From contig URXV01000003.1 of the NCBI GenBank assembly GCA_900551865.1, positions 11,079 to 75,078 on the forward strand: a DNA stretch of 64,000 nt, given 5' to 3'. The stretch's first letter is position 1, and each line of letters begins with the position of its first letter. The position numbers and the translations under genes are program-made. The DNA is from an uncultured Rickettsiales bacterium. Lineage in GTDB: Bacteria; Pseudomonadota; Alphaproteobacteria; RF32; CAG-239. Below the pieces are notes generated by a model. That model worked only from the letters and a program-made list of their open reading frames with translations. It did no database searches and was not told the DNA's origin. Positions 1-8,893 of this stretch are shown here, in pieces.

Positions 1-1
1 A

Positions 2-1483
2 CACGAAGACCACCTCGGCGCAATCGCCCAGATATGGCCTGCATTGCAATGCCCCGTGTACGGCACCGATTTTTCGCTGGGTCTGGTAAAGGAACGCCTG
101 AGCGAATATAAGCTTCAGGACATTGTCCCGCTGGTATCGGTAAATAAGGAACCGGTGGTAAAGCTGGACGGGTTTGAGGTTGAGTTTATCCCGATTGCGC
201 ACTCGATTCCCGAAACCTCCGCGCTGTTCATCAAAACTCCGCACGGCAACGTTATGCATGCAACGGACTGGCGTTTTGATGACAATAAGCTGTCAATGGT
301 CAAAACCGACTTTGCGTCGTTAAAGCGCGCAGCATCCGAAGGCGTGGACATTTTCGTCTGTGATTCCACCAACGTTATGGTGGACGAGCCGCAGGCCAGC
401 GAAGAAGAAGTGCGGCAAAATTTGATAAAGATAATTCCCGAAATGCAGGGGGGCATCGTTGCTACCTGTTTCGCATCTAACATTATGCGGCTGGAAAGCC
501 TGATGCTGGCGGCGCGGGCCGCCGGGCGGACGCCGGTGCTTGCCGGGCGCAGTCTGGTAACTAACGTCAAAATCGCCCGCCAGTGCGGATATTTGACCGA
601 ATACCCCGAAATTCATACGATAGACGAGGTTGAAGGCATAACTTCCGATAAGGCGTTGTATATCTGTACCGGTTCTCAGGCTAACTACCGCAGCGCCATG
701 ACGCTGATTGCCAATGATGAAAGCAAGCATATTAAGCTTTGTGCGGAGGACAACGTTATCTTCTCGTCCAAGATAATCCCCGGCAATGAGGACAAAATTG
801 AGCGCCTGCAGGAAAAAATTCTCGCCAAGGGAGTCAACCTCGTAACCGAAGAAGATTATCTGGTGCATACTTCGGGCCATGCCTGCAAGAAAGATTTGCA
901 CGCGATGTATGAACTGCTGAATCCGAAAATTGTTCTGCCGGTTCACGGCGACAAGAAATTTATCCGCGAACACAAACGCTTTGCCAAAAGCTGCGGTGTA
1001 GGAGATGTCTTTTCTGCGCAGAACGGCGATGTCTGCCTGTATCAAAACGGCAAAATTGAAATGGTTGAGCAGGTTCCGGCGGAAGTTATGGGAGTCGACC
1101 GCGGGCGCAGTGTGTCGCTTGGATCGGAATTAATTAAAAACCGCCGCCGCATTATGTATAACTGCACTTTGTTTATTTCCGCCGTCATCAGCCGTGATTA
1201 TGAATTAAAGTCCCTGCAGTTTGATTCGATAGACATTTTGGAGGCGAACGAATGGTATGTCCTGCACGAGGAAATTATGCAGAAGGTTCGGCCGCTGATT
1301 GAACGGCGCTTGGCGGAACATCCGCATCGCAACGCGGCGGAAGATTACATCCGCGGCCAGATTCGCCGCCGCGTCTTCAATGCCACGGACATTAAGCCCG
1401 TTACCATGCTTCAGGTGCATTGGGAAGAAGACGAAGATGACGAAAGCGACGATAAGGAAGTTTACAGCGTAACAGTTTTTTAG
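2..1483 (+). CDS. rnj: Ribonuclease J (metallo-beta-lactamase / beta-CASP family), 5' end truncated by the window edge
   Basis: The frame is open from base 2 and reads HEDHLGAI (end of the HxHxDH motif). Downstream beta-CASP motifs are present (HATDWRFDD, HTSGHACKKDL, VLPVHGD). Stop at 1481-1483. Confidence 0.85.
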   Translation, partial: HEDHLGAIAQIWPALQCPVYGTDFSLGLVKERLSEYKLQDIVPLVSVNKEPVVKLDGFEVEFIPIAHSIPETSALFIKTPHGNVMHATDWRFDDNKLSMVKTDFASLKRAASEGVDIFVCDSTNVMVDEPQASEEEVRQNLIKIIPEMQGGIVATCFASNIMRLESLMLAARAAGRTPVLAGRSLVTNVKIARQCGYLTEYPEIHTIDEVEGITSDKALYICTGSQANYRSAMTLIANDESKHIKLCAEDNVIFSSKIIPGNEDKIERLQEKILAKGVNLVTEEDYLVHTSGHACKKDLHAMYELLNPKIVLPVHGDKKFIREHKRFAKSCGVGDVFSAQNGDVCLYQNGKIEMVEQVPAEVMGVDRGRSVSLGSELIKNRRRIMYNCTLFISAVISRDYELKSLQFDSIDILEANEWYVLHEEIMQKVRPLIERRLAEHPHRNAAEDYIRGQIRRRVFNATDIKPVTMLQVHWEEDEDDESDDKEVYSVTVF

Positions 1484-1492
1484 GAGAAAAAA

Positions 1493-2473
1493 ATGCAGAA
1501 GATTATTCCCGAACGGTTGCAAAAGGGCGATAAGATAATGGTCATTGCACCTGCCAGAGGCGTAAAAATTATCGGCAAAGACGTGCGCGAAATAGCGCGC
1601 GAACGGCTGGAAAGTCTGGGGCTGGAGGTTGTCTTTGCCCCGAATTCGGTGGATGAAAACTGGGATTATATGGGCTCAAGCTCCGTTGAAAAGCGCGTTT
1701 CCGACATTCATACGGCATTTGCCGACAAAAGTGTGAAAGGCATTATGACCATCATCGGCGGCGCTAATTCCAACCAGCTTCTGCCGCATCTGGATTATGA
1801 GCTTATTCGTCAAAATCCGAAAATATTCTGCGGCTTTTCCGATATTACCGCGCTGGAAAACGCCATTCTCGCCAAAACCGGGCTGGTAACCTACTACGGG
1901 CCGCATTTCAGTTCGCTCGGGATGAAGAAAGGCTGCGACTATACGTTTGAGCATTTTGTAAAAATGCTCGTAACCGACGGTCTGGATGAGGTGGAACCCT
2001 CGCAGATTTGGAGCGACGACTTATGGTTTTTGGATCAGGACAAACGCGAGTTTGAAGCAAATGAGGGGTATTGGAACATTCGCGCCGGTTCTGCCGAAGG
2101 TACGATAATCGGCGGCAATCTGGGCACGTTTAACCTCTTGCTCGGTACTTCTTACCGTCCGCGGTTTGCCCCCGATACGATACTTTTTGTTGAAGATACC
2201 GAAAGCAGCCCGCTTGCGGATTTTGAACGCAATCTGCAGGCGCTGATTTATCAGGATGACTTTAAGAACGTAAAAGGCCTCGTTATCGGCCGTTTCCAAA
2301 AAGGTTCGCAGGTTACCCGCGAGGGGCTGGAGTTTATTCTCAACACCAAACCCGAGTTAAAGAATCTGCCGATTCTGGCTAATGTGGACTTCGGGCATTC
2401 CGCGCCGCTGCTGACTATTCCGCTCGGCGGAACCGCAAAGCTGGAAAACGGACGTTTGTCGTACCGGAATTAA
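1493..2473 (+). CDS. LD-carboxypeptidase (peptidase S66, LdcA/MccF-like)
   Basis: AGGAG lies upstream of the ATG. GFSDITAL is a nucleophile-Ser motif, and the C-terminal DFGH is typical of the S66 family. Confidence 0.8.
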   Translation: MQKIIPERLQKGDKIMVIAPARGVKIIGKDVREIARERLESLGLEVVFAPNSVDENWDYMGSSSVEKRVSDIHTAFADKSVKGIMTIIGGANSNQLLPHLDYELIRQNPKIFCGFSDITALENAILAKTGLVTYYGPHFSSLGMKKGCDYTFEHFVKMLVTDGLDEVEPSQIWSDDLWFLDQDKREFEANEGYWNIRAGSAEGTIIGGNLGTFNLLLGTSYRPRFAPDTILFVEDTESSPLADFERNLQALIYQDDFKNVKGLVIGRFQKGSQVTREGLEFILNTKPELKNLPILANVDFGHSAPLLTIPLGGTAKLENGRLSYRN

Positions 2474-2534
2474 AAGACAGTTTCGGAAAAAAACGCCTGA
2501 AAAACCGATTCGGGCAAAGTTTAAGGCGGTGTTA

Positions 2535-3572
2535 TTACCGCCTTTTTTGCTGCATAATCGCAAAAATTTCCACAAATTTCTGTGCCTGTGAAATGCTGTC
2601 CCATTGTTTCGCCGTTTCGCGCAGGACGGCGCGGCGCTGCTGTACCAAAGCCGGATTTTGTTCCAGCTCCCGCAGACCGGCGGCAAATTCCTGTTCATTG
2701 CTGTACATCGGCAGCGTTTCCCCGAAAATTTTGTAAACGCCGCTGTTAAAGCGGAGATAGGGCAGACCGCCGTTTTCAATCACCTCAATAACCTGCGGGG
2801 ATACCAGCTCGTCTCGTACCGCCTCGTCGCTCTGGTCAAGCAGAACCGCGGAATAGGTTTGAAAATCTTCCGGCTGCGGCGCATTAGGCATAATCTCGTC
2901 AGCCGGCCAGACATTTTCAAAACCGTTGCCGTATATGTCAAGGCTCATGTCGGCGCGCCCTGCCAGATAAAGCGGCAGCGAAAATCCCCGGTTGTCACCG
3001 TAAAACATAGCCTTGCCGTTTGGCCGGCGGTTTGCCGGATTTTTTAAGTTAATCGCGTCCGGAATGTAAGCTGTCCGAACGTTAATCGCTTTCAGATGCC
3101 CGAAGGCCGCCATGCTTTTGACGACCACGACATCAAACGGCCGCAGGCGCGCAACGTCGTCTGAACCCTGCACCGTCGGCAGCCATAAGACATTAATGGC
3201 GTTTTTGTCGGCAACTTCAGGGAGATTGTCTATATTGTCTGCGGCATACAGGTTGAAATCTCCGGTTGCAAAAGAGCCTTTTCCCGACAGGACGACTTCG
3301 ATTCCCGTTTTGCGCAATGCCTGCGCCAGCTCCTGCATATCGCGGAAAAACGGCGAAATTTTGATAGAGTTGACATTAATGAAAATTTTGCGGACTGCGG
3401 AAACATCCGGTGTTGAACCTGTCCCGCTGCGAGTGTGTTCTGCATTTTTTGTAACAACTTGTGTCGCCGCCGTGCCTTGTCCCGGATATCTTTCCTGTCC
3501 CAGTAAGGCATAGCCGGCGATACAAATAGCCGAAATCAAAACCCCGAGAATGACTGCGTATGTTTTCTTCAT
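2535..3572 (-). CDS. Membrane-anchored CgeB-like glycosyltransferase-fold protein (function unknown)
   Basis: An N-terminal TM helix (AVILGVLISAICIAGYALL) is present. The C-terminal region resembles the two halves of the upstream 738-aa protein (LPMYSNEQEF..LEQNP). Its ATG overlaps the upstream stop (ATGA at 3569-3572). Confidence 0.45.
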   Translation of the reverse strand: MKKTYAVILGVLISAICIAGYALLGQERYPGQGTAATQVVTKNAEHTRSGTGSTPDVSAVRKIFINVNSIKISPFFRDMQELAQALRKTGIEVVLSGKGSFATGDFNLYAADNIDNLPEVADKNAINVLWLPTVQGSDDVARLRPFDVVVVKSMAAFGHLKAINVRTAYIPDAINLKNPANRRPNGKAMFYGDNRGFSLPLYLAGRADMSLDIYGNGFENVWPADEIMPNAPQPEDFQTYSAVLLDQSDEAVRDELVSPQVIEVIENGGLPYLRFNSGVYKIFGETLPMYSNEQEFAAGLRELEQNPALVQQRRAVLRETAKQWDSISQAQKFVEIFAIMQQKRR

Positions 3573-5785
3573 TGCTTGCTCCTGCCGATATCGTCAAAAA
3601 GTTGTTTTAGCTGTTTCCCCACGGCTTTGTTGGTATAGCCGTGCAGCGTAATGTTCCTTGCCTGCAACGCTTTTTTCCTGCGTTCCTCTGGATGTGCCAG
3701 ATAATAGTCGACCAGTTTTTTAAACTCTTCTTTGTTTTTATACATCGGAATGCTGTCGCCGAAAATCTCCTCAATATACGGGCTGTATTCGGAAATGATA
3801 AAAGCCCCGGCGGCGCTGGCGTCATACAGTCGGTTGATGACCAGCCCCATCGCCGCCAGGTCGTCGGGATGGTCGCTGAGGACGATTTTCGCCGATGCGT
3901 AATATTTGTTCAGTATATTGTTGTCTACATAGTCGCCCCGGATAAATCTGTCTGGGATTTTACCCTGCCAGTTCAGCCCGTAAACCGCAATGTCATAGCC
4001 GTATTCAACTGCATAGGTAACGCTGACGCGTTCATACCACGGCGAACCGACGAACAGAAGTTCGCTTTGCAGCGCGGCATCCGGCTCAAAACGGAATTTT
4101 TCCGGATTGGTAAACTGCGGCACAAACACGGCCTTGTGCCCTTTCTTGCGCAATTCCGGCAACAGCGCTTTGGCCGGCGTGGCAATCAGGTCAAAATACT
4201 GCAATTCGTCGTTCAGCGAAATGTCGGTATTGTAACGGAAAACGTCTTTGGTGTTTTTGAATTTTGCCGTATCGGGAATTTCCGTCGGAAAATAGAGGTA
4301 CATAATCCGGTTCTTACGCTCGTCTTCAAAATCCGTCTGATTGTATTTGAACTGCATATACAGCAGGTTGCCCGCATTGTCATAAAAGTCGTCGGGATAA
4401 AACTGCCGGTTAAAATAATAATTGCGCACCTCAAACCCGCTCTGCCTCAGGCCGTCTTCCAAATCCAGTTCCAGCCAGTATTCGCCGATGTTGCGCGCCG
4501 TCGCTTCCCATGGGCTTTTGATGACCAGTTTGTTGTAGTCCAAACCGTTTTCACCGCCGGAAATGCCGTCTCCTACCGCAGTATCGATGGCACCGTCTTT
4601 ACTGGCCGATACGCCTCCCGTTTCGGCCTCGGCACCATCCGCCCCATTTTCCCCGGTCGGTACACCGTCCTCTTCGGCCACAGCACTGTCCGCCCCGTTT
4701 TCTCCGGTCGATGCGCCGCCCGTTTCAGCTGCGCTTTCCTCTTCCGCCGTGTTTTTCCGCAGTTCCCAGACCGCGTTCATAATCGTTCTTGCCGCCACCT
4801 CATTGGTAAAATGCCGCAGGGTGATTTTCTGTGCCTGTCTGGCTTTTTCTTTGCGCTCCTCCGGGTGTGCCAGATAATGCTCCAGCAGCTGTTTCAGTTC
4901 CTCCTTGCTGTTAAACATCGGAATACTGTCGCCGTAAAATTCTTTTATTTCTGGCATATAGTCTGAAATCAGAAAACCGCCGCTTGCCGTAACGTCAAAA
5001 ACGCGGTTGCTGATAAAGCCGGCCTGTTTCATATCCGCGCGCGTGTCGTTGAGGACGATTTTAGCCGACGCGTAATATTTATGCAACTCCTTGTTGTCAA
5101 TGTAGGTGCCTTTGACCATTTCCGCCGGTGCCTTACCCTCCCAGCCTTCGCCGAACAGGGCGACGTCAAATCCGTTTTCAATCGCCCATAAGGCGCTGAT
5201 ACGTTCGTATCCCGGCCGTCCGACAAACAAAATGTCGTATGCCGCGTTCTTGTCATATTCGTAAAAAAACTTCTGCGGGTCGGTAAACTGCGGCACAAAA
5301 ACTGTCTTGATGCCGAACTTTTCCAGTTCTTTCTGATATCCCGGCGAGGCGACCGCCGCCAGCTGAAAATCCCAGAGCTCCGTCTGTAACGACATCCAGT
5401 CCGGTTCCGTCGTGTGTTTCAGGTTTTTGAATTTATCCATATTCGCCGTTTCCAGCGGGTAATAGAGATACAGTACGTTTGTCTTGCCGGGGTTTTCCGG
5501 CGGATTGAACGGAACAAAGCCGTGCATGTAAATGTCAACCGGGCTCTTCTCGGCGCCGAAAGGGTAGAAGTTGTCCATATACGCCGGCTGCACCGAATAG
5601 CCCAGGCGCTCAAGCCCGCTCTTCATATCCTGCCCCAGGATATAATCGCCCCACGACAGCCAGTTTTTCTCTGCCGAAATCTTTAAGCCGACGTCCGCCG
5701 CTTCCGCCGTTTGGAACATAAGCGCCCCTGTCCAGAACAGGGCGGCGCTCCGCAGCAGAACCGATGTCAGACGGCTGTAGCGCAT
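3569..5785 (-). CDS. Secreted protein with two tandem CgeB-like / GT1-like C-terminal domains joined by a G/E/A-rich repeat linker
   Basis: Signal-peptide-like N-terminus ending in AEA-AD. Both halves share FVG.PGYER, YYASAKIVL.D, GDSIPM..KEE, YLAHPEER and ITL..FT/YT motifs. Confidence 0.5.
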   Translation of the reverse strand: MRYSRLTSVLLRSAALFWTGALMFQTAEAADVGLKISAEKNWLSWGDYILGQDMKSGLERLGYSVQPAYMDNFYPFGAEKSPVDIYMHGFVPFNPPENPGKTNVLYLYYPLETANMDKFKNLKHTTEPDWMSLQTELWDFQLAAVASPGYQKELEKFGIKTVFVPQFTDPQKFFYEYDKNAAYDILFVGRPGYERISALWAIENGFDVALFGEGWEGKAPAEMVKGTYIDNKELHKYYASAKIVLNDTRADMKQAGFISNRVFDVTASGGFLISDYMPEIKEFYGDSIPMFNSKEELKQLLEHYLAHPEERKEKARQAQKITLRHFTNEVAARTIMNAVWELRKNTAEEESAAETGGASTGENGADSAVAEEDGVPTGENGADGAEAETGGVSASKDGAIDTAVGDGISGGENGLDYNKLVIKSPWEATARNIGEYWLELDLEDGLRQSGFEVRNYYFNRQFYPDDFYDNAGNLLYMQFKYNQTDFEDERKNRIMYLYFPTEIPDTAKFKNTKDVFRYNTDISLNDELQYFDLIATPAKALLPELRKKGHKAVFVPQFTNPEKFRFEPDAALQSELLFVGSPWYERVSVTYAVEYGYDIAVYGLNWQGKIPDRFIRGDYVDNNILNKYYASAKIVLSDHPDDLAAMGLVINRLYDASAAGAFIISEYSPYIEEIFGDSIPMYKNKEEFKKLVDYYLAHPEERRKKALQARNITLHGYTNKAVGKQLKQLFDDIGRSKQ
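4638..4710 (-). repeat. In-frame 51-nt (17-aa) tandem repeat inside the linker of the 738-aa protein
   Basis: The 22-nt cores at 4638-4659 and 4689-4710 match at 20 of 22 positions. They encode TGENGAD.. twice. Confidence 0.7.
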
Positions 5786-5787
5786 TG

Positions 5788-7167
5788 TCAGGCCTTTGCC
5801 GCGCTGACGTTCATCAGCGAATGTTCGGCTTTGACGTTGTATCTGTAGATTTTATAAATAAAATACAGCCCGACCGGGATGAAGACAATCGCGTAAATCC
5901 AGAAAATGTCAATAACCCGGATACCTGCCGTTCCGGCCTCGTGTTCCAGAAGGAACTTCGGCGCCATCAGCATAACCGACGTCAGCAGCCGTCCGGTCAT
6001 CATATTGACCGAAGACGAAAGCGAACGGATTTTCGGGTTGATAAGCCGGTGCAGGCGGCTGATGTGCGAAATGGTAAACATCAGCTGCAACCCGATGCAG
6101 ACGCAGAGGAAAATGATAAACAGCAGACAATGCAGCGGGCTGATATGCCCCGTTTTCATCAGGACGAAAGACAAGGCGCAGCCGATAATTTCCATAACAA
6201 AAGAGATGTTGCCGAGTTTAAACAGCGAAACGTATCTGGCAACGCTCGCGGCAAAATAGCTGAAAGACGAACGGATGACGTTGTTAATGAAAATGACCAC
6301 GCCCATAACTTTGATATAGTCAAGCCAGTTGAGGCTGAGGAGGTAGTTCCACGCCGTTTCGCCGAAAACGCGGGCATCCCAGCCGATGCTGTCCGCCAGA
6401 TCCGTCAGCGAAACCGACGGGTCAATGCCGGAACTTTTCATCAGCGGCTGGAAACTCCAGAAGAAAAAGTGCGACACTCCGACCATAAAGCCTGAAAACA
6501 GCACCAGATAGCAGTATTTGCGCGATTTGAGGATATACCGCACCGCAACCCAGAATTTTTTAAGCCGTTCCTTAAGTCCGGCAACGGTGTCTTTTGCCGG
6601 GCGGTGGGCGTTCGGCAGGCAGGAAAGCAGCAGGATGGCCGTGGAATAAATGGCAAATTCCGCAATAAGCAGAACGTGCGAACCGAGTTTTTCGTATAAT
6701 CCGGCGCCGAGCAGCGCGGCGATTCCCGTCCCGATGTACATAGCGGCGTTAAAGTTCGAATACGCCTTGACCATTTTGGCCTCTTCGTTGTTCTTTTTCA
6801 AAATGTCGTAGATAAAGGAAGAGGACACCGAATCAAAACAGGCTTTGGAACAGGCGTATAAGAATTCGCCGATAAGGATGATTTCAAACCCGCGGAAGAA
6901 AATCCACAGAAACAGCCGTCCGAGAAACAGCGCATAAGCCGTAATCAGAATATATTTGCGTGGAAAAATGTCGCCGAGGTATCCGGCCGGAATTTCAAAC
7001 AGAAAGGCAAAAAAGACAATCAGCCCCTGAATAAGGTAAAAGTCGCCGACCGTCAGCCCGTTTTCCTGATAGAAAAACAGCAGCACCGGCAGCAGAAACA
7101 GCTGCGACCGCAGAAAAGCGGCGATATTGTACAGACTCAGCGGCATAAAAGATAAATATTTGCTCAT
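5788..7167 (-). CDS. MFS transporter
   Basis: Polytopic membrane protein of about 12 hydrophobic segments with MFS-like loop motifs. Its stop lies 2 nt before the next ATG, which suggests an operon. Confidence 0.7.
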   Translation of the reverse strand: MSKYLSFMPLSLYNIAAFLRSQLFLLPVLLFFYQENGLTVGDFYLIQGLIVFFAFLFEIPAGYLGDIFPRKYILITAYALFLGRLFLWIFFRGFEIILIGEFLYACSKACFDSVSSSFIYDILKKNNEEAKMVKAYSNFNAAMYIGTGIAALLGAGLYEKLGSHVLLIAEFAIYSTAILLLSCLPNAHRPAKDTVAGLKERLKKFWVAVRYILKSRKYCYLVLFSGFMVGVSHFFFWSFQPLMKSSGIDPSVSLTDLADSIGWDARVFGETAWNYLLSLNWLDYIKVMGVVIFINNVIRSSFSYFAASVARYVSLFKLGNISFVMEIIGCALSFVLMKTGHISPLHCLLFIIFLCVCIGLQLMFTISHISRLHRLINPKIRSLSSSVNMMTGRLLTSVMLMAPKFLLEHEAGTAGIRVIDIFWIYAIVFIPVGLYFIYKIYRYNVKAEHSLMNVSAAKA

Positions 7168-7342
7168 AATCTTGCTCTTTCTTCTCAGCGGCCGGACAGG
7201 ATGTCGGTAAAACGGAAAACCTTTTCCGCGCCTTTTATTTTCGACCGCATAAATAATTTAGAATAACTTGCTTTATTTGTCTTGTGTTATTTGACAGTTG
7301 TTATAATATATCAGCAAGAGTTAACAACTTTTTAAGGCTGAG

Positions 7343-7792
7343 ATGATGGAAAAAGGACAATATACCGAGGAAGACAAGGCTTTTATGTGCCTGACCAATA
7401 AATCGCGCAACCCGTCGCGGCTGGCGGAACTGATAAGCTTTATTAAGCTGAACGGCTATAAGAAGGTAGGCATTGCCAACTGTTTCTCCGTAAACGCGCT
7501 TGCCGGGAAGCTGAAAGAAATGCTGTCCGCCGAGGGGATTGACGTTGTTCTGGTAAACTGTAAGGAGTCCGGGCTGGACGCGTCGGAGCTTTCGCCGGAA
7601 CTGTCGGGCGTTTCGTGCGATCCGAAATCGCAGGCGCAGTATCTCAACGCCGAACAGACCGATTTTAACATAAATTTCGGCCTCTGCCTCGGGCACGGGA
7701 TTCTGTTTCAGAAATATTCCGCCGCTCCGGTAACGACGCTGCTGGTTAAGGACGCGTGCCACAAACATAATATTATGGAAAATTTTGCGTAA
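7343..7792 (+). CDS. DUF1847-like Cys-rich metal-binding protein
   Basis: 149 aa with conserved Cys spacing (IANCF, VNCKE, SCDP, GLCLGH, DACHKHN), recalled as the DUF1847 pattern. Confidence 0.45.
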   Translation: MMEKGQYTEEDKAFMCLTNKSRNPSRLAELISFIKLNGYKKVGIANCFSVNALAGKLKEMLSAEGIDVVLVNCKESGLDASELSPELSGVSCDPKSQAQYLNAEQTDFNINFGLCLGHGILFQKYSAAPVTTLLVKDACHKHNIMENFA

Positions 7793-7798
7793 GGGAAA

Positions 7799-8893
7799 AT
7801 GAGTAAAAGAACCGTCGCCGTTTGCATTGTGTTGTCCGTTATGCTCGCCGCCGCAGCGTATTTCTTTGCGGCGCCGCATCGGCGTATGCCGCCGAAAAAA
7901 TATTTCCTCGGCGTGGCGGCGATTATGAAAAATGAAAAGCCGTACCTGAAAGAATGGCTGGAATATCACCGGTTGCAGGGCGTGGAGCATTTTTATCTCT
8001 GCGACAACGGCAGCACCGACGGCACGGCCGCTTATCTTGAACCGTATGTCGCCGAAGGCGTGATAACGTATATTCCTCTTCCCGGCGTTGACAAACAGGC
8101 CGAATGTTATGAAAAAATCGTTGCCGGATACGGCCGGGAAACGGAGTGGCTGGCTTTTATTGACCTGGACGAATTTCTGGTGCCTCTTCAAGACGGGGAT
8201 ATGGCGGATTTTCTGCACCGGTTTGCCGATGCGGATGAAGTCAGCCTGCATTGGATGAATTACGGTGACAACGGTATTTTCTCCCGTTCCGGCGGGTTGG
8301 TAACGGAACTTTTTACGGCGCACGCCCGCTTTCTGAACCATACCGTCAAGTCAATCGTCCGCCCCGGCTCCGTCATCGGGTTTAAGCCGTTCGGTTCCAA
8401 TCATTATATACCGGTTCGCGGCAAAAGCGTCAACGAATACGGAAAGCCGGTTGATTTTATGTTAAACTTTAACATTTCCGCCGATAAGGCGCGCGTCAAC
8501 CACTATATTACCAAGTCGTTTGCCGAGTTCCTGAACAAAAAGGGCCGGGGGCATCCCGAGGGAACGCCGATAGATTACGGGTATTATTTTTTTCATAACG
8601 AAAATGAGGTTAAAAACGATACGTCAATGCAGCGTTTTCTTCCCGGGTTGAAGCGGCGTATGGCGCAGAGCCCGCTACCGGACGTTCCGCTGCCCCGTCT
8701 GCCGGATTTGCCGGAAACGTTTGCCGACTTTTATTTTACGCCGGAAGATGTGTCGCAGATTATCGGGCACGAATATCTTAAACCCGCCGGTTTTTATGAA
8801 ACGCAGCAGCTGTGGAAAAACCGCCTGCGTCCGGTGTACGCCGCCCCGGCAGAAACGGCAGCGGGCAACAATGCAGAAAAACAGGAAAAATAA
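7799..8893 (+). CDS. Glycosyltransferase, GT92 / Glyco_tranf_2_4-like, with N-terminal TM anchor
   Basis: EWLEYHRLQGVEHFYLCDNGSTDGT and FIDLDEF (DxD-like) motifs are present, with an N-terminal hydrophobic segment. Confidence 0.65.
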   Translation: MSKRTVAVCIVLSVMLAAAAYFFAAPHRRMPPKKYFLGVAAIMKNEKPYLKEWLEYHRLQGVEHFYLCDNGSTDGTAAYLEPYVAEGVITYIPLPGVDKQAECYEKIVAGYGRETEWLAFIDLDEFLVPLQDGDMADFLHRFADADEVSLHWMNYGDNGIFSRSGGLVTELFTAHARFLNHTVKSIVRPGSVIGFKPFGSNHYIPVRGKSVNEYGKPVDFMLNFNISADKARVNHYITKSFAEFLNKKGRGHPEGTPIDYGYYFFHNENEVKNDTSMQRFLPGLKRRMAQSPLPDVPLPRLPDLPETFADFYFTPEDVSQIIGHEYLKPAGFYETQQLWKNRLRPVYAAPAETAAGNNAEKQEK

